From NCBI GenBank assembly GCA_045657065.1, contig JAZOSI010000051.1:1-41633 (forward strand): 41,633 bases of DNA, written 5' to 3'. Positions within the stretch are counted from its first letter, which is position 1. Each line of letters begins with the position of its first letter. The DNA comes from Congzhengia sp. Its GTDB lineage: Bacteria; Bacillota; Clostridia; UBA1381; UBA9506. Positions 20,012 to 29,557 of the stretch are shown piece after piece. A program made the translations under genes and the position numbers. The notes below the pieces were generated by a model. It did no database searches. It was not told where the DNA came from and saw only the letters and a program-made list of their open reading frames with translations.

Positions 20012-20335
20012 CTATATAAGTTCTGATATTTTTAATGCAAGCTCGTATGCGGTTTTTTCCGTTCTTAAAATTGTGATTTCCTGCTCCTGTGCTTTTTTTA
20101 CTGTGGCGTCGTCGATTTCCATTCCTTCTACCACAATAACGCAGGCAAGACCTACGAGGGCTGAAACCGCTGTGATATTGATATTTGTCTGAACAGTTAG
20201 CCATGCACCGCCCTCGGGCGCTTTTGACATAACCACAGACAACATATCACCAATATAACAATCGGTGATGTTTGTATCTTCTGCCATATTTATACATTCT
20301 AATGAGAGTTTTTCTGCTAATTCTGATACTTTCAT
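20012..20335 (-). CDS. DRTGG domain protein
   Basis: YIGDMLSVVM and WLTVQTNIN pattern typical of hydrogenase-associated DRTGG proteins. Confidence 0.8.
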   Translation of the reverse strand: MKVSELAEKLSLECINMAEDTNITDCYIGDMLSVVMSKAPEGGAWLTVQTNINITAVSALVGLACVIVVEGMEIDDATVKKAQEQEITILRTEKTAYELALKISELI

Positions 20336-20339
20336 AGTT

Positions 20340-21626
20340 CTACTCCTGTTTATCCATGAGAATATGTACTTGCTCTTTTAATTTATGTATGCAGTCAATT
20401 TCTTCAGCCATTCCCCTGACGATATCCTCTGCAAAGCATCTGCAGGAGGGAGAACCGCAGGAACCGCAGTCTGTATGGGGGAGACGGCTGTAGATTTCTT
20501 CTATTTTTTCAAGTTTTTTAAGTGCTTCCGAAAAATCACTGTCTAAAGGATGCACATCGCGGTACACAACGGGTGAGTTCCACAAAAGGTCTTTACTTTC
20601 TACGGGTACGGGTGAAGATGCGAGATTTTTTTGTTTCTGGGCTTTTCCCAGTTCTACAATTCTCATTTTTGCCACATATCCGTTTTCCACAGACAAAGGG
20701 CCGCTTACACAACCGCCTTCGCAGGAAAGTGCCTCGATAAAATCTATATCTAATGCTTCATTGTCTTCGATTTCTTCAAAAAGAGCGATGATATTTTCAA
20801 TTCCGTCAACAGAAATGCAACGTCCTGCACCGCCTAAAGCTTTGATTTCGCCGCCTGAACGCGCCCAGTTTATACCCTCGAGAGTCGAATCCGAAATGGT
20901 TTTTATTTCTTTTAATTTGCTCATGGCGGGCGCAAGTTTTAAATACACAGCCCCTATAGAAAGCACCCCGCTTACGGGAGATGATTTGATTCCCAAAGGA
21001 TTTGAAAGGGTGGTGGCTTTGGCCGTACAGGGCGAAATAAAGAATACGCCGATGTCGTCAGGCAAAAGACCGGTCTTCTTAACAGCTTCCGAGCGCGCTG
21101 CCATTGCAGCCGCCTCGAATGGCGCAATAACAGGCAGTAAATTATCTATGAGGTTAGGAAAACGCACCGAAATAAGCCTTACAACTGCAGGGCAGGCAGA
21201 GTTTATCACGGGTTTTTTGAGCTTGCCTGATGAAAGCAATTCTTTCGATACTTCTGTAATTGCTTCAGTTGCTTTAGCGGTTTCATAAACATCGTCAAAG
21301 CCTATTTCGAGCAATCCGTTCAATACATAATCTATATCTGTAAGATTTCTGAACTGTCCGTAGAGTGCCGGTGCAGGCAAAGCGATATTATATTTATAAT
21401 TTTTTAATGCATCAAATGTATCAGTAAGTGCAACTTTGGCGTGATAAGGACACACCTTTATACATTCGCCGCAGTCAATACAGAGCTCTGTTATGATGCG
21501 TGCTTTTCCGTCGTGTATTCTTATAGCTTCTGTGGGACACCTTTTTAAGCAGGTGGTACAGCCTTTGCACTTATCTTTATCTAATGTAACCGAGTGATGT
21601 AGGTTATTTCTGTTCAAATAAAACAC
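20340..21626 (-). CDS. Sensory-type (group C/D-like) [FeFe]-hydrogenase-domain protein
   Basis: Two N-terminal 4Fe-4S motifs; variant H-cluster motifs INSACPA, SPCTAK and EALSCEGGCVSG; C-terminal DCGSCGSPSC FeS domain. Confidence 0.85.
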   Translation of the reverse strand: MFYLNRNNLHHSVTLDKDKCKGCTTCLKRCPTEAIRIHDGKARIITELCIDCGECIKVCPYHAKVALTDTFDALKNYKYNIALPAPALYGQFRNLTDIDYVLNGLLEIGFDDVYETAKATEAITEVSKELLSSGKLKKPVINSACPAVVRLISVRFPNLIDNLLPVIAPFEAAAMAARSEAVKKTGLLPDDIGVFFISPCTAKATTLSNPLGIKSSPVSGVLSIGAVYLKLAPAMSKLKEIKTISDSTLEGINWARSGGEIKALGGAGRCISVDGIENIIALFEEIEDNEALDIDFIEALSCEGGCVSGPLSVENGYVAKMRIVELGKAQKQKNLASSPVPVESKDLLWNSPVVYRDVHPLDSDFSEALKKLEKIEEIYSRLPHTDCGSCGSPSCRCFAEDIVRGMAEEIDCIHKLKEQVHILMDKQE

Positions 21627-21639
21627 CCCCGTTTTTCAA

Positions 21640-22059
21640 TCAGCCCAAGTTAATAGTAATCTGGATTTTTGTTCCTTTTCCTACTTCTGATTCAACGAGT
21701 AAATCGTCTGAATATCTTTTCATATTGGGAAGCCCCATACCTGCGCCGAAACCAAGCTCGCGGGCTTTCGTGGTGGCAGTGGAGAACCCCTCCTGCATTG
21801 CGCGTTTGATGTCGGCAATACCGGGACCGCTGTCAGTAAATGTGATAACAATTTTATCGGCAGAGATTTCAACATCACAAGCTCCGCCTTTTCCGTGGAT
21901 GATGGTGTTGATTTCGCCTTCGTACATACAGATAGCAGAACGCCTGATGATTTCAGGAGAAAGTCCTAACTGCTTCAAGACTTTCTTGAAGTTGCTCGAT
22001 GCAAGTCCTGCCATGGAAAAATCATCACCGCTTATATCGTAGTGAAGTGTATGTGCCAT
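21640..22059 (-). CDS. RsbT-like anti-sigma/Ser-Thr kinase (HATPase_c)
   Basis: YEGEINTIIHG, DSGPGI and GFGAGMGLPNMKR boxes. Confidence 0.88.
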   Translation of the reverse strand: MAHTLHYDISGDDFSMAGLASSNFKKVLKQLGLSPEIIRRSAICMYEGEINTIIHGKGGACDVEISADKIVITFTDSGPGIADIKRAMQEGFSTATTKARELGFGAGMGLPNMKRYSDDLLVESEVGKGTKIQITINLG

Positions 22060-22068
22060 AAGCGCCTC

Positions 22069-22416
22069 CTATTCACCGTTTCCGGCAAGGCCCTCTGAAA
22101 AGAGCTTGCCTGATGAAACATAAAGGGAGTTTTCTGTGCACATAATTATCATATTGAGTTTATTTGCAATATCTATCATTTCTTCTGTGGGAGTTTTGCC
22201 TCTTACAAAAACGATAACGCTGATGTCAAGCATTTCTGCGGTACGGATAACCTGTGGATTTACAAGACCTGTCAAAAGAAGCGACTGGTCCTGAACGAAT
22301 GCTAACACATCGCTCATAAGGTCACAGCCGAAAGCAGAGTTGATTTCTACATCTTCAAAAGGTGTGTCGGTTAAAACTTTTGCGTCTAAAAGTTCTTTTA
22401 CTTTTGATAATTTCAT
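22069..22416 (-). CDS. DRTGG domain protein
   Basis: FGCDLMSDVLAF and LLTGLVNPQVIRTAEM. Confidence 0.85.
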   Translation of the reverse strand: MKLSKVKELLDAKVLTDTPFEDVEINSAFGCDLMSDVLAFVQDQSLLLTGLVNPQVIRTAEMLDISVIVFVRGKTPTEEMIDIANKLNMIIMCTENSLYVSSGKLFSEGLAGNGE

Positions 22417-22436
22417 AATATTGGTCCTTTCTAAGG

Positions 22437-23147
22437 TTACTTGGTTAAGAGTTCTGATGTTCTTTCATATACGAAATCAGAAAAACCGTTACCGATTTTT
22501 TTCTCCATAAGCGCCCTTGCTTTTTCCATATCAGGAGACCTTGTGTCCATATTATGACAGTCAGAGCCTATTGCCCAGATAAGTCCCACTTTTGCCAAGG
22601 CTTTTATAATATTTCTTCCCGACCGAGTCAGAAATGACGGTGCATTTACCTGAAACTTTACTCCGAAAGAAACCAGCCCTGCAAGTTTTGCTAAATCCCG
22701 GGGACTGTCAAGGTACCTCTCAATATGTGCCATTACGGGCGTCACATTGTGGGCGGTTATGATGTTGTATATTTCATTGTTATACCAGTGTGACCAGGAC
22801 ATATAAGGAAGCTCTAAAAGGATCAAATCAGTTCCTTCAATCAAAAGAGGTGAAATATCAGAAAATTCAGATAAACTGCCGTCTAATGCTACCTCTGCTC
22901 CGGCAAGAATTTCGGGAAAGTCCTCGGGATTTTCGCGCATGGCGTCTTTTAGCTGTCCGATTCTTTTTTCGCGCAGAGAAAAAAACTCCCCAATGTCCGC
23001 ATGAGTGCTGTAATGGGGAGTGAGTATTACTTTTTCGGCGCCGCTTTTGCGCGCAGTACGAAGCATTGCCAAAGATGTGTCTATATCCTTGGCACCGTCG
23101 TCAATCTTCGGAATAATATGTGTGTGAAAATCTATATACATACACAT
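22437..23147 (-). CDS. CpsB/CapC/YwqE-family protein tyrosine phosphatase
   Basis: IDFHTHIIPKIDDG, TPHY, AHIERY and GSDCH; start may be the ATG at 23141. Confidence 0.92.
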   Translation of the reverse strand: MCMYIDFHTHIIPKIDDGAKDIDTSLAMLRTARKSGAEKVILTPHYSTHADIGEFFSLREKRIGQLKDAMRENPEDFPEILAGAEVALDGSLSEFSDISPLLIEGTDLILLELPYMSWSHWYNNEIYNIITAHNVTPVMAHIERYLDSPRDLAKLAGLVSFGVKFQVNAPSFLTRSGRNIIKALAKVGLIWAIGSDCHNMDTRSPDMEKARALMEKKIGNGFSDFVYERTSELLTK

Positions 23148-23158
23148 ACCCTCCTAAT

Positions 23159-23899
23159 TTATTGAATGTTATTTTGATAGTAATAGTCCTTGCTGTAATT
23201 CTGAGTTTTTTTACGGGGAGAATCAATGGTAATAAATCCAAGGATTCTAGCGTGTGCAAATTCCAGCGTATCAACAGCCTTTTTAACTTCTGATGTGATT
23301 GATACACCGCAACGGCATACAAATACCACATTCTTAACATGTGAAGAGATAGAAAGTAAATCTGCAACAACATTTACGGGAGGAGTATCGATAACAACAT
23401 AGTCATACTGTTCTTTAACTAATTTCAGGAATTTTCCGCATTTAGCAGATGAAAGCAATTCTGCGGGGTTGGGCGGAATGTTACCTGCTGTGATATAGTC
23501 AAAATCAAAATCTGAAGATTTTTTGATGATAGCCTCAATATCAGAAAAACCACCGAGGTGATTTGCAAGACCTTCTGTATTTTTAACACCAAGACATGTA
23601 TGCACACGGGGCTTTCTCATATCAGCATCAATGAGTAAAACTTTCGCATCTGTCTGTGCCAAAGTTGCTGCTAAATTTATGCAGGTTGTGGTTTTGCCCT
23701 CTGCAGAAAACGCAGAGGTAACCAAAAGCGCCTTTCCACCTTCTTCGTCAGCAAGAGTGTACATAAGGTTTGTTCTTGCCGCCTTTAGAGATTCTGCCAG
23801 CATACTATTGGGATTTTTGATAATTAAATCGGCATCTGAAAGTATATGTAAACCTTCGCCGTCAGCTTTTTTCTTAAAGAAAGGAAATTTCATTTTCAT
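23159..23899 (-). CDS. CpsD/CapB-family BY tyrosine kinase (cytoplasmic domain only)
   Basis: Walker A EGKTT, LLIDADMRKP, IDTPP and a C-terminal Tyr cluster NYSKDYYY; gaggag RBS. Confidence 0.92.
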   Translation of the reverse strand: MKMKFPFFKKKADGEGLHILSDADLIIKNPNSMLAESLKAARTNLMYTLADEEGGKALLVTSAFSAEGKTTTCINLAATLAQTDAKVLLIDADMRKPRVHTCLGVKNTEGLANHLGGFSDIEAIIKKSSDFDFDYITAGNIPPNPAELLSSAKCGKFLKLVKEQYDYVVIDTPPVNVVADLLSISSHVKNVVFVCRCGVSITSEVKKAVDTLEFAHARILGFITIDSPRKKTQNYSKDYYYQNNIQ

Positions 23900-23982
23900 A
23901 CTCCTCAAACAACATATTTATACAATTCCAAGTATATTCTATCACACCTGTTTCACTTTTTCAAGATTTTTTCAAAAAAAGG

Positions 23983-24035
23983 TTGACAAATGAAACTTCA
24001 TACTGTATTATTTGACATAGTACAGTTAATACAGT
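23983..24035 (+). promoter_or_regulatory. Sigma-A promoter overlapped by a YtrA-type GntR operator
   Basis: TTGACA (23983), 17 nt, TATTAT (24006); actgtatta inverted against tagtacagt and taatacagt. Confidence 0.75.
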
Positions 24036-24051
24036 GAAAGGAGGACAAACT

Positions 24052-24423
24052 ATGTTTCAGTTAGACCACGGCGACCACAGACCCATATACGAGCAGATAA
24101 AAGAAAAAATAAAAGAGCTGATAATTTCCGGCGTGCTCAAGGAAAATGACAAGGTACCGTCGGTCCGTGAACTTGCGGCAATTCTCACAATTAACCCCAA
24201 CACAATACAGAAAGCTTACAGAGAACTTGAGTTTGAAGGCTACATTTATTCATTGAGAGCAAAAGGCAGTTTTGTGTCGCCAAAGGGCGAAGTTGTGAAA
24301 AAAAGTGACACAGACGGTATAACAAAAGAATACCGTGACATTGTTTCCAAAATTAAATTTTTGGGCATCTCAAAAGAAGAATTGCAGGCAATTCTTGATG
24401 AAGAATATAAAGGAAAGGAATGA
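24052..24423 (+). CDS. GntR family (YtrA subfamily) regulator
   Basis: PIYEQI and PSVRELA...INPNTIQKAYRELE; short C-terminus; aaggagg RBS. Confidence 0.93.
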   Translation: MFQLDHGDHRPIYEQIKEKIKELIISGVLKENDKVPSVRELAAILTINPNTIQKAYRELEFEGYIYSLRAKGSFVSPKGEVVKKSDTDGITKEYRDIVSKIKFLGISKEELQAILDEEYKGKE

Positions 24424-24428
24424 GGTAA

Positions 24429-25328
24429 GTGATTAAAGTAAAAAATGTAACCAAAAAGTTTGACGACTTTCTGGCATTACAAGGACTTGATATAAATGTA
24501 GAAAAAGGCTCTGTCTATGGGCTCGTAGGCCCTAATGGGGCTGGAAAAACTACCATACTTAAAATTCTTTCAGGCGTTTACAGACAAAATGACGGAATTG
24601 TAGAAATTGACGGAGCTCCGGTTTTTGAAAATATGAAAATAAAAGAAAGAATGACTTTCATCAGTGATGATTTGTTCTTTTATTCTACATATACAATAAA
24701 GGATACTGCAAAATACTATGCAGGAATTTATGAAAACTGGAGCTGGGAAAGGTTTAATGCTTTAAAGGAAATCTTTAAAATTGATATAAACCGCAAAGTG
24801 CGCCGACTTTCAAAAGGTATGCAAAAGCAGGTTGCTTTCTGGCTTTCTGTTTCGGCACAGCCTGATATTATGCTTTTGGACGAACCTGTTGACGGACTTG
24901 ACCCTGTAATGAGAAGAAATGTATGGAGACTTATGCTCTCTGATGTGGCAGACCGCGGTACAACAGTTATTGTTTCAAGCCACAATTTGCGAGAGCTTGA
25001 GGATGTGTGCGACCATGTGGGTATTATGCACGAAGGGAAAATCGTTTTAGAAAAAGCGTTAGACGACCTAAAAGGCAATACCCATAAACTTCAGGTGGCC
25101 TTCAGCGGTGAAGTATCTGCCGATTTAATTGCCCAAATAAAGCCGATACACAGAGAATCCTATGGCAGTGTAAATATATTTATAGTAAAAGGTGAAACAG
25201 AAGAAATTCTCAGAAAAGTAAAGGCATATTCACCCCTTGTATGTGATATTCTGCCTTTGACTTTAGAAGAAGTATTTATTTATGAGTTGGGAGGTTCAGG
25301 TTATGAGTTTGAAAACATCATTCTTTAA
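24429..25328 (+). CDS. ABC transporter ATP-binding protein (YtrB-like)
   Basis: GPNGAGKT, LSKGM, LLDEP and SSH. Confidence 0.95.
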   Translation: MIKVKNVTKKFDDFLALQGLDINVEKGSVYGLVGPNGAGKTTILKILSGVYRQNDGIVEIDGAPVFENMKIKERMTFISDDLFFYSTYTIKDTAKYYAGIYENWSWERFNALKEIFKIDINRKVRRLSKGMQKQVAFWLSVSAQPDIMLLDEPVDGLDPVMRRNVWRLMLSDVADRGTTVIVSSHNLRELEDVCDHVGIMHEGKIVLEKALDDLKGNTHKLQVAFSGEVSADLIAQIKPIHRESYGSVNIFIVKGETEEILRKVKAYSPLVCDILPLTLEEVFIYELGGSGYEFENIIL

Positions 25329-27348
25329 TAAAACTTTAGTAAAATCAGACTTCAAACGCCTCTGGTGGATACCTGCACTTCATACGCTGGCACTTTTTAT
25401 GATGACGGTGTTCCGTTTTATGGAGCGTTTTTATAACAGTCCTACAGTAGGCGCTGTTGCCGTCAGATTTGTAAAAGAGGCAGAGTTTATCTATACTACT
25501 CTTCATGATTATATGTTGCCTGCATTTGTGCTTGCGTGCATCGTGCCTGTGATTTTAGGGGTATTTCTGTTTTCATATTTACAGACACAAAAAGCATCAA
25601 CTTTTTCCCATAGTATACCTGTATCGCGTATGTCAGCGTATGTGTCCCATACAGTATCAGGAATATTGATGTTTTTGTTGCCTCTCGTTATAAACGGAGT
25701 AATTTTACTTGTTATGCGAACAGACCCTGCATTTGCACAGACTTTTAAAGTAAGTCATCTTTTTGGTTGTATGGGTATTGCATCGCTCTACAGTTTTGTG
25801 GCGTTTGCCCTTTCGGTAATTGTATCAATGATTACGGGAAATGTTTTGGCAAACTTTATTTTCACCTACGTTTTCGCAACTCTTCCCATAGCGGTGGAGA
25901 TGTTTATGGACTTTTTTGCACATACACAGCTTTACGGATATGTGCAGGATACTGATTACTGGTGCGTAAATCACTTGTACCTTTCAAGTGAAAAACTCAC
26001 TACCGCAGGTGGAATATCACTCTACATAATTATCGGTTTGGTATTATTGATCGCAGGATATTTCATTTACAGAATAAGAAATATTGAAAACCATTCATCA
26101 GTAGTGGCGTTTTCTGCACTTCGTCCCGTGTTTATATTTGGGGCGGCGATATGCTTCAGCGCAATCGGATTTTTATATGTAAATGCACTGTGGGGATTTT
26201 CAAACGCTTTTGTAATGTTGCCCTTCGGTCTTCTGGGGCTTATTATCGCAACAATGCTTGTAAAGAAAAGCTTCCGCGGGTTAAAACTCTTAAAACCGAT
26301 TATCGCATACTGCCTGATTATTGTGTGTGTATATACTGTATATCACTACGATTTGACGGGCTTTGAGACGAGAGTGCCCGAGGCGAGCGATGTGGAATAT
26401 GTCACATTCGACCAGAACGGCATCAACGATTATAGCGGAATATACTACAGCCTGGACGGAAAAAAATACACTTATGATGATAAATTTTCTCCTGATTTAA
26501 AAGGCGAAGATGCAAAATCGGTAATCGCACTTCATCAGTATCTCACAGGAGAAGAAAAGGTTAAAGAAAACTTTAAAAATCCCTGGTCTCTGACACTTTC
26601 GTATAAGTTGAAAAACGGGAACGTATTAAAAAGAATATATACAATTGATTATGATGAGTATAAGGCACTTTTAGAACCCGTTGTAACATCTGATACAATC
26701 AGAAAAACTTATTTCCCTGTTCTTCGGGACAGCGAAAGGTCATACATCAGAATAGAAGTCCGTGACGGAAGAGTTAGTGATGATTATCTGGCATCGTTCA
26801 GTGACGAAGAAACAATCAATAAGTTTATTGAAGCCTTGAAAAAGGACACAAGCAATGCCATCTACGACGAATATGCTGCAGGAAACGGAACATATACTAC
26901 CGTAGAGGTTTGCTATAAAGAAAGCGCAACCTATGAAGACGGCACCAAAGTTCCTATGGATAATCTTATGGAACGCACAGAAACCTATTATATAAGACCG
27001 TCATACATAAATACATTAGCCTTAATAAATGAATGGGATATTCTCTCATTAGTACCCAAGGCGGAAGACATCACGAAAATCGGTATAGAGTATTACGGCT
27101 ATGGTTCAGAAATGGTGTCATATAAAGAAATTCAGGACATAGACGGCTGGAGTTTCCATTATATAATAGAAGACAGTGAAGAAATTGCACAAATTTACGA
27201 GTATTGTCAGCATGGGGGCACAAGTCGTATCAGCGATATGACTCTGGTGTTCTTCACAAAATCAGGTAAACACTTTATCTGTGATTTAAACAGTGAAGAT
27301 GCAAAACTTCCAAAAATTTTAAAACCTGATATGGTAACGTATAAATAA
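25303..27348 (+). CDS. ABC transporter permease with large C-terminal extracellular domain
   Basis: About 10 TM segments then a soluble domain; ggagg RBS; overlaps the end of the ATPase gene. Confidence 0.85.
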   Translation: MSLKTSFFNKTLVKSDFKRLWWIPALHTLALFMMTVFRFMERFYNSPTVGAVAVRFVKEAEFIYTTLHDYMLPAFVLACIVPVILGVFLFSYLQTQKASTFSHSIPVSRMSAYVSHTVSGILMFLLPLVINGVILLVMRTDPAFAQTFKVSHLFGCMGIASLYSFVAFALSVIVSMITGNVLANFIFTYVFATLPIAVEMFMDFFAHTQLYGYVQDTDYWCVNHLYLSSEKLTTAGGISLYIIIGLVLLIAGYFIYRIRNIENHSSVVAFSALRPVFIFGAAICFSAIGFLYVNALWGFSNAFVMLPFGLLGLIIATMLVKKSFRGLKLLKPIIAYCLIIVCVYTVYHYDLTGFETRVPEASDVEYVTFDQNGINDYSGIYYSLDGKKYTYDDKFSPDLKGEDAKSVIALHQYLTGEEKVKENFKNPWSLTLSYKLKNGNVLKRIYTIDYDEYKALLEPVVTSDTIRKTYFPVLRDSERSYIRIEVRDGRVSDDYLASFSDEETINKFIEALKKDTSNAIYDEYAAGNGTYTTVEVCYKESATYEDGTKVPMDNLMERTETYYIRPSYINTLALINEWDILSLVPKAEDITKIGIEYYGYGSEMVSYKEIQDIDGWSFHYIIEDSEEIAQIYEYCQHGGTSRISDMTLVFFTKSGKHFICDLNSEDAKLPKILKPDMVTYK

Positions 27349-27409
27349 TGTACACAGGAGACGATTTTTTCGTCTCCTAAATTTTTTTAAAAATTTTTTT
27401 AAAAAAGTA

Positions 27410-27463
27410 TTGACAAAGGATATATGTTCGTATATAATCAAATTGAAAATGATAATCATTATT
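27410..27463 (+). promoter_or_regulatory. Consensus sigma-A promoter followed by a Fur-family box
   Basis: TTGACA (27410), 17 nt, TATAAT (27433); GAAAATGATAATCATTATT (27445-27463) matches 17 of 19 positions of GATAATGATAATCATTATC. Confidence 0.88.
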
Positions 27464-27493
27464 ACTTTTAAAACTAAACAAGGAGGTGCTGAC

Positions 27494-27859
27494 ATGAATT
27501 TTTCAAGACAGCGAGAGAGCATCTTAGAGTATCTTAAAAATACTACAGCTCACCCCACTGCAGAAATGATTTACGCAGATTTAAAACAGGAAATGCCGAC
27601 ACTTTCCCTTGCTACTGTTTACAGAAACTGTAATAAACTGGCAGAAACAGGTACAATCATCCGACTTGACGCCGGCGGAAAAACTCACTTCGACGCCGAC
27701 ACATCTGACCATCAGCACTTTGTATGTGAGGTTTGCGGAAGAGTTTACGATATGTTTTTCTCACTTCCTAAAGAAGTGATAGACACAAACCTTCCCGATG
27801 GTTTTTCCCATCAGAACCACAGACTTTACTTTTTTGGAGTCTGCAAACATTGTAAGTAA
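27494..27859 (+). CDS. Fur/PerR family transcriptional repressor
   Basis: HPTAE, SLATVYR, HQHFVCEVCG and CKHC; aggagg RBS. Confidence 0.93.
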   Translation: MNFSRQRESILEYLKNTTAHPTAEMIYADLKQEMPTLSLATVYRNCNKLAETGTIIRLDAGGKTHFDADTSDHQHFVCEVCGRVYDMFFSLPKEVIDTNLPDGFSHQNHRLYFFGVCKHCK

Positions 27860-27902
27860 TTTATTTTAAAAAATATATTTATAAAAAAAGGAGTTAATCA
27901 CT

Positions 27903-28490
27903 ATGAAAAAATTTGTTTGTCCCGTTTGCGGTTATGTTCACGAAGGCGCAGAGCCCCCTGTGGCTTGTCCTTTATGTAAGGTACCCGGTGAAAAATTCAC
28001 AGAAATGGTAGCAGGCGGAAAGCTCGCTGCTGAACACGAATACGGCGTTTACGCAAAAACAGTTAAAAACAACCCCGACATTTCAGAAGAAGATAAAAAA
28101 TATATCTTTGACCAGTTAATGGCAAACTTCAACGGCGAATGTGCAGAAGTTGGTATGTACCTCTGCATGGCTCGTATCGCACACCGTGAAGGTTACCCCG
28201 AAGTAGGTCTTTACTGGGAAAAAGCAGCTTATGAAGAAGCTGAACACGCTGCAAAATTCGCAGAACTCTTGGGCGAAGACTTAGAACCCAACATGAAAGC
28301 TACAACAAAAGAAAACCTCGCTTGGCGTGTTGATTGCGAATACGGTGCTACACAGGGTAAATTTGACCTTGCCGCTTGCGCTAAGAAAAACGGACTCGAC
28401 GCTATCCACGATACAGTTCACGAAATGGCTCGCGACGAAGCTCGACACGGCAGAGGCTTAGAAGGTCTTTTAAAGAGATATTTTAAATAA
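27903..28490 (+). CDS. Reverse rubrerythrin (NADH peroxidase)
   Basis: N-terminal CPVCGY...CPLC rubredoxin domain plus diiron motifs EEAEHA and DEARH. Confidence 0.93.
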   Translation: MKKFVCPVCGYVHEGAEPPVACPLCKVPGEKFTEMVAGGKLAAEHEYGVYAKTVKNNPDISEEDKKYIFDQLMANFNGECAEVGMYLCMARIAHREGYPEVGLYWEKAAYEEAEHAAKFAELLGEDLEPNMKATTKENLAWRVDCEYGATQGKFDLAACAKKNGLDAIHDTVHEMARDEARHGRGLEGLLKRYFK

Positions 28491-28536
28491 AATCGTAAGG
28501 GTGGCAACTGCCGCCCTTATATAAAAGGTGATAGAA

Positions 28537-28743
28537 ATGGTAGAAAATTACACAGTATGCAACTGTATGCAGGTAAGTTACAATGACATTGCAGATGCAC
28601 TTCACAATCTTAAAAAGTTTGATGATGTTTTAGATACATTCAAAAAAATACAGGAAGCTACACACTGCTCCACAGGATGCGGTGGATGTCATCAGAAAGT
28701 TTTAGATTTGATATCTGAAATTATGAGTGGCGAAACTGCATAA
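28537..28743 (+). CDS. BFD-like [2Fe-2S] protein
   Basis: VCNC ... CSTGCGGC. Confidence 0.85.
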   Translation: MVENYTVCNCMQVSYNDIADALHNLKKFDDVLDTFKKIQEATHCSTGCGGCHQKVLDLISEIMSGETA

Positions 28744-28787
28744 TAAAAACGTCATCGTTTAAAATATTAAAAAAAGAGGTGATTCTT

Positions 28788-29300
28788 ATGCTGGATGCTA
28801 AAGTTTCAAAATTAATTAACGAACAAATAAATAAAGAATTATATTCTGCGTATTTGTATCTGGATTTTTCCATATACTATGAAGAGCAAGGTTTAGACGG
28901 TTTTGCCAACTGGTATATGATTCAGGCGCAGGAAGAAAGAGATCACGCAATGCTGATGCTCAAATATTTGCAGAACAACGGTGTAAGGGCAACTCTTGAT
29001 ACTGTTGCAAAGCCCGACAAAGCCCCAAAGGATTTAATGGATCCCTTGAAATTTGGGTTTGAGCACGAGCAATATGTGACGGGTCTTATCAATGATATTT
29101 ATGCTGTGGCTTACGATGTACGCGATTTCAGAACAATGCAGTTTCTGGATTGGTTCGTAAAAGAACAACTGGAAGAAGAAAAGAGTGCCGATGATATGAT
29201 CAAAAAAATGGAACTCTTTGGCAATGACTCAAAAGGTCTTTATTCATTAGACGCAGAATATGCCGCAAGAATCTATACGGCACCGTCATTAACGCTTTAA
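28788..29300 (+). CDS. ftnA: Non-heme ferritin
   Basis: QINKELYSAYLY, QAQEERDHA and FLDWFVKEQLEEE. Confidence 0.93.
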   Translation: MLDAKVSKLINEQINKELYSAYLYLDFSIYYEEQGLDGFANWYMIQAQEERDHAMLMLKYLQNNGVRATLDTVAKPDKAPKDLMDPLKFGFEHEQYVTGLINDIYAVAYDVRDFRTMQFLDWFVKEQLEEEKSADDMIKKMELFGNDSKGLYSLDAEYAARIYTAPSLTL

Positions 29301-29317
29301 AAAAGGAGAAATGAAAA

Positions 29318-29473
29318 ATGGAAAAAATGGTTTGTCCCTGCGGATATGTATATGATCCCGAACTTGGCGATCCCGATAACGGAGTAGCACCCGGTACGGC
29401 TTGGGAAGATGTTCCGGAAGATTGGGTTTGTCCTGTTTGCGGTCTCGGAAAAGATGTTTTCGAAGCAGAATAA
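29318..29473 (+). CDS. Rubredoxin (51 aa; absent from ORF track)
   Basis: [51 protein letters not shown]; aaggag RBS. Confidence 0.93.
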   Translation: MEKMVCPCGYVYDPELGDPDNGVAPGTAWEDVPEDWVCPVCGLGKDVFEAE

Positions 29474-29505
29474 AAATCATAAATTTTAAAAAAATATCTG
29501 GGTAT

Positions 29506-29540
29506 AATAAAGCCGTGCAGACTTTGCACGGCTTTATGTT
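29506..29540 (+). terminator. Hairpin after rubredoxin (probable terminator)
   Basis: ataaagccgtgca-gactt-tgcacggctttat. Confidence 0.7.
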
Positions 29541-29557
29541 TAAAAAGGAGGTATTTT

